A stretch of 64,000 nucleotides of DNA from a virus. The number at the start of each line of letters is the position of its first letter. Positions within the stretch are counted from its first letter, which is position 1. This document shows, in pieces, positions 9,530 through 19,069 of the stretch. The position numbers were made by a program, and so were the translations under genes. The DNA lies in the IMG/VR virus record IMGVR_UViG_3300017989_000071, positions 32,001 to 96,000 of that record; one strand, 5' to 3'. The notes beneath the pieces were generated by a model. The model did no database searches and was not told where the DNA came from. It saw only the letters and a list, made by a program, of their open reading frames with translations.

Positions 9530-9995
9530 TGTCTAATCTCCATTTAATACGCCGCACAAGATAAAAACGACTTTCGGGGTGTAGGTTGGTTGGAATCCTG
9601 AAGTCCTCCGGACTCGAATACCGCTTACCGTTCGCCAACCCCCACCCGATCCAGTCAGCGATCATCTCGTCCAAATACTTCTCCGGAACCTTCACCCGAC
9701 CCATCCCCTCCGGAACACCCCACGAAAAATCGTGGTGTTTGTTCCGGCGAAGATGAAGCGAAAAGGCATGGACAAAATCACCCGCAATATCCGGAGACTC
9801 CGACCGGCCCCACCAGTACCGCGCATACGGAAAAAACTCGTCAGGGAAGAACTTACTCAAATCGTGAGTAACCCCCCGCCACACCCGACCCATAATCAGG
9901 CACTCGATGAAGACATAATACTTATGCCGCAAAATATACAGGAGGTACTTACCGTACTGTACTCTCCCCCCGTTCGGGTCGCTGAGGTGGCTCAT
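9441..9995 (-). CDS. HD-domain protein (DUF5662-like)
   Basis: RHK...HDLSKF...HLRRNKHH...EMIADW. Confidence 0.68.
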   Translation of the reverse strand: MSHLSDPNGGRVQYGKYLLYILRHKYYVFIECLIMGRVWRGVTHDLSKFFPDEFFPYARYWWGRSESPDIAGDFVHAFSLHLRRNKHHDFSWGVPEGMGRVKVPEKYLDEMIADWIGWGLANGKRYSSPEDFRIPTNLHPESRFYLVRRIKWRLDIERSDGKGSIRDRLRRHLCRLSGAVSPNP

Positions 9996-10336
9996 GTTTT
10001 CTTCCTTTTCCGTTTTGCTTCCGCTCGTCTTCGCGGCGTTCCTTCCGCTTTTCGAGCCGTCGCTTCAGATGCTTCCGTTTCTTTCGGGACAACGCCACAA
10101 CCTCCATCTGGATCGTAGAAGAGGGCGACCGGATCACAGTCCGTATCGACCACCACATTTGGAATCTGTCCTCGGATCGCCATCCGTAGTATCAGCGCAG
10201 CCGCGATGCCGTTATTCGCATACGAGTGATTGCACCGCCTCACCAGCTCCCCCGGAGACAGGGCAGGAACCCGCTTGACGTGCTGACGGACGAGACGCTT
10301 CAACTGCGCCCGCCTCGGATCGTTCACCACCCCCAT
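9992..10336 (-). CDS. hypothetical basic protein
   Basis: 114-aa ORF, overlapping start/stop. Confidence 0.45.
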   Translation of the reverse strand: MGVVNDPRRAQLKRLVRQHVKRVPALSPGELVRRCNHSYANNGIAAALILRMAIRGQIPNVVVDTDCDPVALFYDPDGGCGVVPKETEASEATARKAEGTPRRRAEAKRKRKKT

Positions 10337-10467
10337 TGCTCACCCTTCTCATCGAGCCAGTCAGCGAAGGCGGCAACCCACCCCTTGCCGATTACGTAAC
10401 CGATGGGGATACCCGCCAACAGGCCGACGCCCAACGGACCGAAAAGGTATAATATGAAACTATCCAT
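10324..10467 (-). CDS. small membrane protein
   Basis: MDSFILYLFGPLGVGLLAGIPIGYVIG, one TM helix. Confidence 0.5.
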   Translation of the reverse strand: MDSFILYLFGPLGVGLLAGIPIGYVIGKGWVAAFADWLDEKGEQWGW

Positions 10468-11059
10468 CACTGAACTCCCTCGCTCGGTTTGACAGACATG
10501 TTCTGATGATCTGCGCGGGATCGGTCTGACCATCCTCAATCGCCTGCTCGACAGCAGACTTCGCATCGCCCTTCTTCCAACCCAACTTCGCCAGACCCTC
10601 AATGGAGTCCCTCGCGATCTCCTGATCCAAGCTCGGAATCGCTTCCGCACTCGCCATCCTCTTCGCGGCATCGCGTAGATCGGTGATAATCCGGTCTCGG
10701 GTCTTCTTCCCTGTACCGGCGATCTTCGACCCCGCTCCCGCCGCGATGAAATCAATCACCTGTTGCGCCGACTCGTTCTTCCCGACAATCTTCATCGCTG
10801 TCTGGGGGCCGACCCCGCTTACCCGGAGCAAGAGCTGGAATAATCGGTGATCGAGCTCTTCGAGAAAACCGTACAACTTGTACCCCGATCCCTCGCTGAA
10901 TATCGGATGCACCCGGAAGGAAAGATGGTGATTATACCGGACAGACAAGTACCGCTCGGGAACCTCCAAGCAGAACGTGATCCACTCCGCACCCGCCGGA
11001 GTCACCTCAACGGCGTTCGGCTCAACCCACTGATAACGGCCTTCTAACCGAGAGATCAC
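10460..11059 (-). CDS. ruvA: Holliday junction branch-migration protein RuvA
   Basis: MISRLEG, LYGFL...LFQLLLRVSGVGPQTAM, GTGKKTRDRIITDL, domain III DSIEGLAKLGW. Confidence 0.88.
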   Translation of the reverse strand: MISRLEGRYQWVEPNAVEVTPAGAEWITFCLEVPERYLSVRYNHHLSFRVHPIFSEGSGYKLYGFLEELDHRLFQLLLRVSGVGPQTAMKIVGKNESAQQVIDFIAAGAGSKIAGTGKKTRDRIITDLRDAAKRMASAEAIPSLDQEIARDSIEGLAKLGWKKGDAKSAVEQAIEDGQTDPAQIIRTCLSNRAREFSDG

Positions 11060-11337
11060 TTTTTCGCTCTCCCCTGCAACAAGAAGACCTTCAGGTCCGC
11101 CGATTCCGGCTTCGCGCTCGCCAGACCCCCGGTCGTCGCTTCCTTCATCAACAACCGCAGAATCTTGCTCGCATCGAGGTTAGATTTCGTCTTGATGCGG
11201 GTCCGGAGAATCTGCTCCTCGAACTGATCGCGCAGGCCGTCCTCCACCTTGAACGAAACGATCTTCGTCTTCAGGAGCTTCCCCGTCTTCTTGTTCCGAG
11301 GCCGGGATGGCTTCTTCTTTTTCTTTACTTGTGGCAT
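11056..11337 (-). CDS. ribbon-helix-helix-like DNA-binding protein
   Basis: TKIVSFKVEDGLRDQFEE...ASKILRLLM. Confidence 0.45.
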   Translation of the reverse strand: MPQVKKKKKPSRPRNKKTGKLLKTKIVSFKVEDGLRDQFEEQILRTRIKTKSNLDASKILRLLMKEATTGGLASAKPESADLKVFLLQGRAKK

Positions 11338-13269
11338 CTATACGCCTCCGACAAACATTCCCATATCCCGCAGCGACCCGTTGAACATTGGCGGCAGCGA
11401 CCCGACAAAAATATGGCCGTACCGCTTCGTGCGAACCCGCTCATCGAGGAGAATGACAACGCCGCGATCCTCGGTAGATCGGATCAGCCGACCCACACCC
11501 TGACGAAGAGAGATCGCAGCACGTGGAACTTGATACTGCATAAACGATTTACCCTTACCGGCAATCCGGTCGATCCGCTCCGAACGGGCCTCGTGAATCG
11601 GCTCGTTCGGCGGGGAAAAAGGAATCCGGTCGATCAGCACACACGACAGCGATTCGCCGGGAACGTCGATCCCCTCCCAGAACGAAGCCGTCGCCACCAG
11701 TACCGACGATGTTTCCTCTCGGAACTGGCGCAGCAGCTCGGTCCGGGTTGTCTCGCCCTGAATCAGAACCGTGTAACCCAGCTCCTCTCGAAGCTGGTCA
11801 CCGAACCAGCGCATATTCGCGTAGGACGTACACAGGAAGAGAGCCTTACCCCCGGTGTGCTTGATCGCCCGGCACGCCACCTCCAACGCCTTCTCCCGAT
11901 ACCCCTCGGCGTTCGGCTCCGCATCCAACTGAGGAATCACCAGCAGGGCTTGACTCTCGTAATCGAACACCTCATCCAGAATCATCGACTGCGACCAATT
12001 CGGAAGCCCGAGCCGCGCCGTCGTGTACGTAAACGAGCGGTCCACGGTCAGCGTCGCCGATGTCAGCACAAACGCCTTGTCATCAGACCACAAGTTGTCT
12101 TCGAGAAATTCGTTAATGTTCAAAGGAGTCAGATGCAACTTCACCATCCCCTTCGCATCCTTCTCAACCCACCGCACTACGTTCTCGTCGATGTCAGCCG
12201 CAATAGCGTCTACCGCCGAGGCGAGAACGCTGACCCGCTCGATCAGCTTGAACACCGCCGACTCCCCGGTCCCGTCCGGAAACGCCCGAGCGATAGCCCG
12301 TTTCAAGCCGCTCACCGCCCCGAGGAAATCGTTGCACACCCCTCGCAGATGCTCCATATCCTCGTTTCCGATCTTCGCGCTGCGGCGGTTACCCAGCCAC
12401 TTACCGAAGGCAGCGAACATCCGACCTGACAACGCCTGCATCTCCCGGCTAGACCGCGCCCACATGTGAGCCGGTGCGCTCGCGAGATAATGCTCGGCGT
12501 CCCGCACGATACCCTTGACCTTGTAGGGGAACAGATCGGTTCCGAGAAACCCACACGCCACGTCTTCGAGGTGGTGAGCTTCGTCAAAAACCACAGCATC
12601 GTAGTCAGGCAAAAACCCCTTCTCGGGGTCTTCCAAACGAACGTGAAGATCGGCGAAGAAGAGAGCATGGTTTACGACGATAATGTTTGCTGCCCGAGCC
12701 TGTTCCCTAATCATCTTGGTAAAGCTGTCGGCGAACGGACAGGATTGCCCAAGGCAGGTATCCGAACTACTCATCACCCAGCTCAGAAATTCCGCTGTGT
12801 CGGGAATGCCCCGCAACTCCTCGCGGTCCCCGGTCTCGGTGTTCTCGGCCCACGTCTTGAACGGCTTCCAGTACCCCAACTCTTCTCGCCGCTCCCACGT
12901 CGGAGACTTCTGGAAATCAAGAAATCGTTTACGGCATAAATAATTGCCCTTGCCCTTCAGGATGCAGGCTTTGATGTCACGCCCGATGATCTCTCGGACC
13001 AGCGGAATGTCCTTTTCCCAGAGCTGATGCTGAAGAGCCTTGGAGTGAGTGGAGACGATCACCTTCTTCCCTGACAGGACTGCCGGGATCAGGTACGCCA
13101 AACTCTTCCCCGTTCCCGTCGGAGCCTCGATGCACGTCACCGACCGCCCCCCTCGAAAACTCTCCAGAATCGAATTGGCAGCACGAAGCTGTCCGGGGCG
13201 GAAATGGTACGAATCCATGATCCGCGACATCCGGCCCGCCGGCTCAAAAATATCGCCTAACTCAGACAT
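11338..13269 (-). CDS. dinG: DinG/YoaA-family SF2 helicase
   Basis: EAPTGTGKS, LKGKGNYLC, VVNHALFF, DEAHHLED, FWEGIDVPG, RQGVGRLIRS. Confidence 0.9.
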   Translation of the reverse strand: MSELGDIFEPAGRMSRIMDSYHFRPGQLRAANSILESFRGGRSVTCIEAPTGTGKSLAYLIPAVLSGKKVIVSTHSKALQHQLWEKDIPLVREIIGRDIKACILKGKGNYLCRKRFLDFQKSPTWERREELGYWKPFKTWAENTETGDREELRGIPDTAEFLSWVMSSSDTCLGQSCPFADSFTKMIREQARAANIIVVNHALFFADLHVRLEDPEKGFLPDYDAVVFDEAHHLEDVACGFLGTDLFPYKVKGIVRDAEHYLASAPAHMWARSSREMQALSGRMFAAFGKWLGNRRSAKIGNEDMEHLRGVCNDFLGAVSGLKRAIARAFPDGTGESAVFKLIERVSVLASAVDAIAADIDENVVRWVEKDAKGMVKLHLTPLNINEFLEDNLWSDDKAFVLTSATLTVDRSFTYTTARLGLPNWSQSMILDEVFDYESQALLVIPQLDAEPNAEGYREKALEVACRAIKHTGGKALFLCTSYANMRWFGDQLREELGYTVLIQGETTRTELLRQFREETSSVLVATASFWEGIDVPGESLSCVLIDRIPFSPPNEPIHEARSERIDRIAGKGKSFMQYQVPRAAISLRQGVGRLIRSTEDRGVVILLDERVRTKRYGHIFVGSLPPMFNGSLRDMGMFVGGV

Positions 13270-13312
13270 GCGTTTTCCCTTCTAGGCGCAAGGTTCCAAT
13301 CGTCACGCAGGT

Positions 13313-13342
13313 ACTATAGCAAACACCGTAGTACGATGTCAA
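13313..13342 (-). promoter_or_regulatory. sigma70-type promoter, shared class
   Basis: TTGACA-TCGTACTACGGTGTTTGC-TATAGT. Confidence 0.7.
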
Positions 13343-13668
13343 GTCTTCACCGCATCCACCTCGACCCCAGCCAACTCCGTCAGGTTCTCCGAACAGCTCT
13401 CCGCATACTTATAGTCAATCTCGATGATCCCCTTCTGACCGGGGTTCTGGTTCAACCAACGCAGCTGGCCCATTAACTTCTTCTGCGACCGCTCGTTGAC
13501 GTTCAAATCCTTGGGCTTCTTGACGACAATGTTCTCGGTCGGATAGAAACCAACAATAGCGTTCTCCGGAACCCAAAACCGAACACCGTCATACTCGATA
13601 AGCCAACCAAGATTGCTCTTCTTGATCGCCTTGCACGGCTTCATCCGAAGAATCTTTTTTCGCTTCAT
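13339..13668 (-). CDS. hypothetical protein
   Basis: 109-aa ORF, FWVPE motif similar to 3598-3885. Confidence 0.55.
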   Translation of the reverse strand: MKRKKILRMKPCKAIKKSNLGWLIEYDGVRFWVPENAIVGFYPTENIVVKKPKDLNVNERSQKKLMGQLRWLNQNPGQKGIIEIDYKYAESCSENLTELAGVEVDAVKT

Positions 13669-13967
13669 CGTCGTAACGCCTTATCGAGATCAGGACCAGC
13701 AAACGCCCGAAGCAGATCAAGGTCTTCCTCGTGCATCTTCCGACCGAGCAGATACTTACGCCGTAGAAAATCCAACCGAGACGAAACAGTATTCACCACA
13801 ACACCGACCATGAAGACAAACAGGTGGAGTGGAGTCGGGGGTACACTCTCCCCCTCCATAAACGTGACGCGGATCATCCGACACTGAGGGTAGGACAAAA
13901 AGATCGTTATCCGATCATCCTCCATCGCCCACTGGTCGATCTCAATCCGGTCGATCTCCCACCTCAT
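13665..13967 (-). CDS. hypothetical protein
   Basis: 100-aa ORF, ATGA coupling on both sides. Confidence 0.55.
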   Translation of the reverse strand: MRWEIDRIEIDQWAMEDDRITIFLSYPQCRMIRVTFMEGESVPPTPLHLFVFMVGVVVNTVSSRLDFLRRKYLLGRKMHEEDLDLLRAFAGPDLDKALRR

Positions 13968-15274
13968 TCGATCACCTCACGACTCCGGTGAATGCGACGC
14001 CCTCTCAGCTCCTTCCGGATACGCTTCCGGGCCATGTCGCAGTATTCCCTGCTCAGCTCGACCCCGACACACTCTCGACCGTAGGTTCTCGACGCGATGA
14101 TCGTCGTCCCTGTCCCAACAAACGGATCGAGCACACGACACGGAATCGGATCGTGATCGGAGCAATCGCAGGAGGGAACCCAACCAATCGTCTTCCGGGT
14201 CACCTCCCACCCGCGTTCGGGCGGCGGGGATTTCCCCATCCGCTGCTCCGCAAGACTCGACTTCCGCCCTCGGTCGTCCCGCGCCTTCGGGTACGTTTTC
14301 TCCATCACCCGCACCCACGCCGCGCCGCACGTCGGGCAGCACCCCACATCCGATGTCGCCGACAGAATCGGATTGACAATCAAGCCTTCCGAGTAAACCG
14401 CAAAATGCGCTTCCTTGAACGGGTACGTCGCATGGGTCCATACACTCCGGGGATTACGTCCAGTCGTGTCGTCCGGATCGACCGGGCGGTTAGCCTTATC
14501 CTCGACGCGACGACCCCCTTTGAACTTCGACCTCTCCATCTCCTCCCGCACCGCTTCCTGATCGCAAAAGTACGTTCGGCTCGGGGTGAGCATCAAAACA
14601 TATTCGTGCGACTTCGTAGGACGCCACGACGCCCGCCGGGTGCGAACTTCCCAACCATCCCAACACTCCCCGCAGGAACCATCCTCGCACTTTTCGCATG
14701 GAACCTTCTTGCGGTTCTTATCCAGAACGAGCTCGTTCGACCATCCCGACACAGATTCCGGGGTAGGATTCTTTTTGGAGTAAATAATGTCGCACCGTAG
14801 ATACCACCCATCGGCTTGCAACGCCATCCCCAATCGCCACGGGATTCCGATCAGGTCGCCCGGCTTGATACCGCCCCTCGATCCCTGATCCCAATACGAA
14901 TCTCCGATAACGATGTAGCAAACCCCGTCCTTCCGCAGCACCCGCCGAACGGACCGCATCACCTCGACGAAGTGCTCCACGAACAAATCAGGAGTAGGCT
15001 CCAGTCCAAGAGAACCCTCCCACGCTTCACACTGCTTACAGAAACGACCGAGCCGCATCGAAGAACCCGTAGCCACCTTCCGCGTGATCTGTGGACCCCA
15101 TTGATGCTTACACTTCGCATCCCCACCCCACACCTGCCGAGGAAGATCGTAGTCACGCAACTGGAAGTACGGCGGACTCGTTACCATGCAGTGAAAATGA
15201 TGCGGCGGCAGCTTCGACAGCTCCTTCCGAACATCGCCGCAGGCTATCTTCCACCCATCATCGGCCTTAGCCAT
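13964..15274 (-). CDS. beta-class N4-C/N6-A DNA methyltransferase with Cys-rich inserts
   Basis: VTSPPY (motif IV) precedes VLDPFVGTGTT (motif I). Confidence 0.9.
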   Translation of the reverse strand: MAKADDGWKIACGDVRKELSKLPPHHFHCMVTSPPYFQLRDYDLPRQVWGGDAKCKHQWGPQITRKVATGSSMRLGRFCKQCEAWEGSLGLEPTPDLFVEHFVEVMRSVRRVLRKDGVCYIVIGDSYWDQGSRGGIKPGDLIGIPWRLGMALQADGWYLRCDIIYSKKNPTPESVSGWSNELVLDKNRKKVPCEKCEDGSCGECWDGWEVRTRRASWRPTKSHEYVLMLTPSRTYFCDQEAVREEMERSKFKGGRRVEDKANRPVDPDDTTGRNPRSVWTHATYPFKEAHFAVYSEGLIVNPILSATSDVGCCPTCGAAWVRVMEKTYPKARDDRGRKSSLAEQRMGKSPPPERGWEVTRKTIGWVPSCDCSDHDPIPCRVLDPFVGTGTTIIASRTYGRECVGVELSREYCDMARKRIRKELRGRRIHRSREVIE

Positions 15275-15464
15275 CGGACCCGACCTGATTCGGGGGATAG
15301 TAACCGGCCTGTGCGAGGGCGTGCTCGGGGAGCTGGCGGATCATCTCAGCCAACTCCTCCGGGGTCATTTCGATCTTCGTGCGGCGAACCGACAGCACCC
15401 AATTCCCGGTGCGCGTACCGGCTCCTTTCCCGATTCGTTCGAGACTAACCTGTTCCTTCGGCAT
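15267..15464 (-). CDS. hypothetical protein
   Basis: Start re-called at MPKEQVSL. Confidence 0.45.
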   Translation of the reverse strand: MPKEQVSLERIGKGAGTRTGNWVLSVRRTKIEMTPEELAEMIRQLPEHALAQAGYYPPNQVGSDG

Positions 15465-15819
15465 CGGTTTCTCCGTTATCGGTGGCTGCGGGCATAAGAG
15501 AGTCGTAAGCCTGAGCAGCCGCGTTCTCGATAGCTTCAAGGTTGAACGGCGACGCCCGGCGAAGCTCTTCCCGAGCGAGCGAAAACCCGTAAGGTAGCGA
15601 CTCCAGCGGATGTGCCAGCTTCGGTATTTCCAATTTGAAACGATCCACATCGGTCTTCCCTTCTGAATAGGCCATGATCGCAGCGATCAGGTCGTAGAAG
15701 GCGTGGTAAACCACCTGCGCCTCTTCAGCGATCTCCCGCTTCCGGATCGCTTCTCGACGCCGCTGAAGAAGACCCGTCTTCGGCTTCTTATCGCGCCGTG
15801 ATTTCTTCCCCTTACTCAT
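15445..15819 (-). CDS. hypothetical protein
   Basis: Start re-called at MSKGKKSRR. Confidence 0.5.
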   Translation of the reverse strand: MSKGKKSRRDKKPKTGLLQRRREAIRKREIAEEAQVVYHAFYDLIAAIMAYSEGKTDVDRFKLEIPKLAHPLESLPYGFSLAREELRRASPFNLEAIENAAAQAYDSLMPAATDNGETDAEGTG

Positions 15820-16795
15820 CGACCCGTTCCCGCTTCGTAAAGATGCCGATCTGTTTGTCGTTGTGGAAGAAGGGGTCGGTCCACTCGATCTCCGAAGGGA
15901 TTTCCTTGGCCGCTTTGATCGTCTCACGGATGCCGTCGGTCAAATTCGTACAGGAAATCCCCGGATCGGGAACGCCGATCTCAAAACTCTCCCCATCCTC
16001 GGGAGTAGTCGGTTGGTGAATCTCTACTCCCGGAAGCAGCTCGACGATCATCTCCGCAACGGCACGGTCACTCCTCACCGTATCCGAGCCGAAGGGACGC
16101 ACGACCTTCGATCCCACATCCTTCTCCGACAGGAGACTCTTCAGATACCTCGCCGCATCCTCGACGAAAAGATGAACGCCGATGCGATGCGGATCGGCGA
16201 GCGTAATCATCCGCTCCTTCACCGCCTGACCAACCATCATATTGATCCCGCGATCCATCCGGAAGCGACAGCTCCTATAGGGGCCGAAGAGCTCGGGCAA
16301 TTCGACGTAACGAAACACCGCATCCGTAATCTGCCGACCCGAAATACCGTACTCGTAAGCCTCCCGCCGGGCGGTGCAAACCGCGCCGTACACCCCGTCG
16401 TCGAACTTACCCATCATATCCCCCACCACGAACACCCGAGGCACCTCGTGGTCAAAAACGGCCCGGAGCATCTGCGAAACCGTCGTCGCGTTCACGTCGA
16501 AAAGCATAGCGCGTCCCGATCCCGTTTCCGCAACCCGCCGCGCCGCGCTCGCCCCGTTAATATCAACGAGGTGGTAAACCGCATCGCAATGCTGCAAATT
16601 TCGATACCACTGTTCGACCAGACGAACATCCATCGGGAGGGGGAAGAAATTCTTCGACCCGTGCCACGCCGCACCGCTCGGCACCGACATGTAGTGACCC
16701 GCATCCATCCCGACGACAGTGTGACCCGCTTCGAGGAGCATCCGCGTCAACGCAGACCCCAAGTACCCTTGCCAACCAGCAACAACAACTCTCAT
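15812..16795 (-). CDS. atypical NAD-dependent epimerase/dehydratase (extended SDR)
   Basis: VVVAGWQGYLG Rossmann motif, DAVYHL, LFVEDAA; YxxxK is YGAVC. Confidence 0.72.
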   Translation of the reverse strand: MRVVVAGWQGYLGSALTRMLLEAGHTVVGMDAGHYMSVPSGAAWHGSKNFFPLPMDVRLVEQWYRNLQHCDAVYHLVDINGASAARRVAETGSGRAMLFDVNATTVSQMLRAVFDHEVPRVFVVGDMMGKFDDGVYGAVCTARREAYEYGISGRQITDAVFRYVELPELFGPYRSCRFRMDRGINMMVGQAVKERMITLADPHRIGVHLFVEDAARYLKSLLSEKDVGSKVVRPFGSDTVRSDRAVAEMIVELLPGVEIHQPTTPEDGESFEIGVPDPGISCTNLTDGIRETIKAAKEIPSEIEWTDPFFHNDKQIGIFTKRERVDE

Positions 16796-17142
16796 TGGAC
16801 CGACCTCCCGATGAACTGATGGTTTATCTTACGCAGTAAATAATCGCTTGGTTTATACCGGACAACAAAACGATCCGGCATCTCAACGACATTCCCATCC
16901 AGATTGCTTCTCATCCGCCGACCGCGCCGCCGGACAGGGGTAAATTTTCCGAAACACCGTATCCCAACCGCCCGGCCAAGAACAAGCGAACGGCTGATCT
17001 CCTCGAAGGTAGCCTTGAACACCACCCGTACAACGTCGCGGTCAACCCCGGAGCGAGCCGCGATGCGGCGAACCAGCCCCTTGTTCCAATCGACACCTCC
17101 ATCAATTTTGACCACTGAATACCTCCTGCAACTGCCCCACAA
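16792..17142 (-). CDS. HU/IHF-family DNA-binding protein (start uncertain)
   Basis: VGIRCFGKFTPVRRRGRRMRSNLDG...VVRYKPSDYL. Confidence 0.85.
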   Translation of the reverse strand: MWGSCRRYSVVKIDGGVDWNKGLVRRIAARSGVDRDVVRVVFKATFEEISRSLVLGRAVGIRCFGKFTPVRRRGRRMRSNLDGNVVEMPDRFVVRYKPSDYLLRKINHQFIGRSVQ

Positions 17143-19069
17143 CCGGATCGGGACGCTCCTCGATCAGGCCGGGGTCGGGACCGGAAACCTGCACCGTAGG
17201 AACCGCCGACGGTTTCAACGCAGCGGCGGCCTCGGGAGAATTGAGTGCGCTGAATACACAGCCACACAACGCATCGGAAACATCCTTCGATTTCGTCGGC
17301 GGATGATCCACCTTCACCTTCTTCAGGTTTCCGGTAAAGAACCGCTCCAGACTCGATAACTCATCGAGCAGCACATCGTGCTTCGGATACTCGATACGCA
17401 ATTCGAGGATCGCCTGCTTCAGCGTCTCGTAGGGGTCCATCGTCCGGTCCACGCTTTGCAGGGACGTATTAAAACCCTCCTTCGCCAACTTCTGCAACGA
17501 ATGCGCCGATTGAAAACCATCGTAGGTCACAAGTTGAATCGGCAACCCCGAGTCGCGAAGGTAGTGAATGAACTCGATGATCCGGTCGTAGTCGATCTCG
17601 GCATACTGCGTGTTTACAACCCGCGCCACGAAATCGACGTGAACCCGATAATCTCGGGTATCGTACTTATGGCCGTACTGGTCGTACCGTGTCACCGTAC
17701 TTACATCGCTTAGGCAGCAACACGCGATTCCCGCCGCATCGTTGTTCAGCGCAAGGTCCACGTGAATAAACCTCAACGACATCGGGTGGTCACGAACCGC
17801 CCACCGATCCCTCACCTTGTCCCGCAGAACGAATACCTCGTTCCGCTTGAAGTCGAGAATCAAATTATTCTTGTCGTCGTCCGTCCCGAGCAACACCGTC
17901 GGGTGAGTAAACGGATTCTGCCGAACTTCTGAAACGCACCCTTGAATCCGATCCCGCCGATAGATGTACGAATTATACCCGTAGGTCGATACCCCACCGA
18001 TGTCGCGGATCGAACCCTCCAAATCAGACTCGAACAGCGGCCACAACGACACGGGCGGGCAAATCAACTGACAGTCTTCCGGAACCGACTGCGGCTTCCG
18101 TTTGTGCATCGAAGATCGCCGCGTCTGCGAACCGACCACCACATAAAACCGCCGCTCCTTCTTCAAGTCCTCCCGCACATCCCACAGCGAATAATCACTG
18201 ACATGGACATTCGCCTCGCCCTCGTGCTCCCGGCGGTGAGTGGTCAACCACGCCGATTCATCCCTCTTCTGCGACAACAGGCATAGTAAACCTCGGGGTC
18301 CGCCCTTCCCGTGAAAGCGCGAAACGATCCTGCCGCGCACCTCCTTGTAGGTCTCCTGAATCACCGGACCGGCGGCTCCCATCTTCGAGAAATTGGCCTC
18401 GTCCAACAGCCCCCCGTACACCGCCTGACCCAGCGCATGTGTCGCCGTACTCCCGACGGTGAAAACCAGATTCTTCGGAAGCTTTCCGTACCTCGCGTTC
18501 GGATGTCGTGTCATAATCCGCTTGAAGTACCGAGACCGCTGCATCGTCTCGCGTATCCGATGAAACGCCACCGAATCGGACAGGCGAATCGTGATATTGA
18601 AAAGTATAATTGCGATCTGGGTGTCCGGAGTAAGACCGAACATGTGCTGAGGATTGCGGATCATCGTCAGAGAATAGATTTTGTAGAGCTGCGCCACCAC
18701 CGCCGCCGTGGTCTTCCCGGTTCCAATCGCACCCTCGATGATCCACTCGCGGATGTCGTTCGCCGGGTCGCACACGTAGCGCAGCTCATCTCGCCAGATC
18801 GGCCAGATGTCGTCACGCATCCCCATATAATCGTCGCTCTCGATAAAAGTGTCGATGTCAACCGGCTTCGTTTCGTAGTCCTCCTCCCACGTGCTCGCCA
18901 GTAAGGGAGAATGCGCCTTCTCCTTCAACTCTTGTATGATATTGAGGATCAACTCACGCTCGGGGCGGGAGTACACGTCCAACACAGCAAGGTTCCCCCG
19001 CTCCAGCTCATCCCATATCGAGCGGATTCCAAGAGCAGTGTCCGGACTGAATTGCGCAGGAGCGAACAT
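17102..19069 (-). CDS. terL: terminase large subunit
   Basis: Walker A GAIGTGKT, Walker B LLDEAN, nuclease IHVDLA, VTYDGFQS, DHPPTKSKDVSDA. Confidence 0.92.
   Translation of the reverse strand: MFAPAQFSPDTALGIRSIWDELERGNLAVLDVYSRPERELILNIIQELKEKAHSPLLASTWEEDYETKPVDIDTFIESDDYMGMRDDIWPIWRDELRYVCDPANDIREWIIEGAIGTGKTTAAVVAQLYKIYSLTMIRNPQHMFGLTPDTQIAIILFNITIRLSDSVAFHRIRETMQRSRYFKRIMTRHPNARYGKLPKNLVFTVGSTATHALGQAVYGGLLDEANFSKMGAAGPVIQETYKEVRGRIVSRFHGKGGPRGLLCLLSQKRDESAWLTTHRREHEGEANVHVSDYSLWDVREDLKKERRFYVVVGSQTRRSSMHKRKPQSVPEDCQLICPPVSLWPLFESDLEGSIRDIGGVSTYGYNSYIYRRDRIQGCVSEVRQNPFTHPTVLLGTDDDKNNLILDFKRNEVFVLRDKVRDRWAVRDHPMSLRFIHVDLALNNDAAGIACCCLSDVSTVTRYDQYGHKYDTRDYRVHVDFVARVVNTQYAEIDYDRIIEFIHYLRDSGLPIQLVTYDGFQSAHSLQKLAKEGFNTSLQSVDRTMDPYETLKQAILELRIEYPKHDVLLDELSSLERFFTGNLKKVKVDHPPTKSKDVSDALCGCVFSALNSPEAAAALKPSAVPTVQVSGPDPGLIEERPDPVVGQLQEVFSGQN

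Noticed and set aside
11338-13269. DinG as CasDinG of a type IV CRISPR system
   Set aside because: No csf/cas genes or array in the window; the protein looks like ordinary DinG/YoaA
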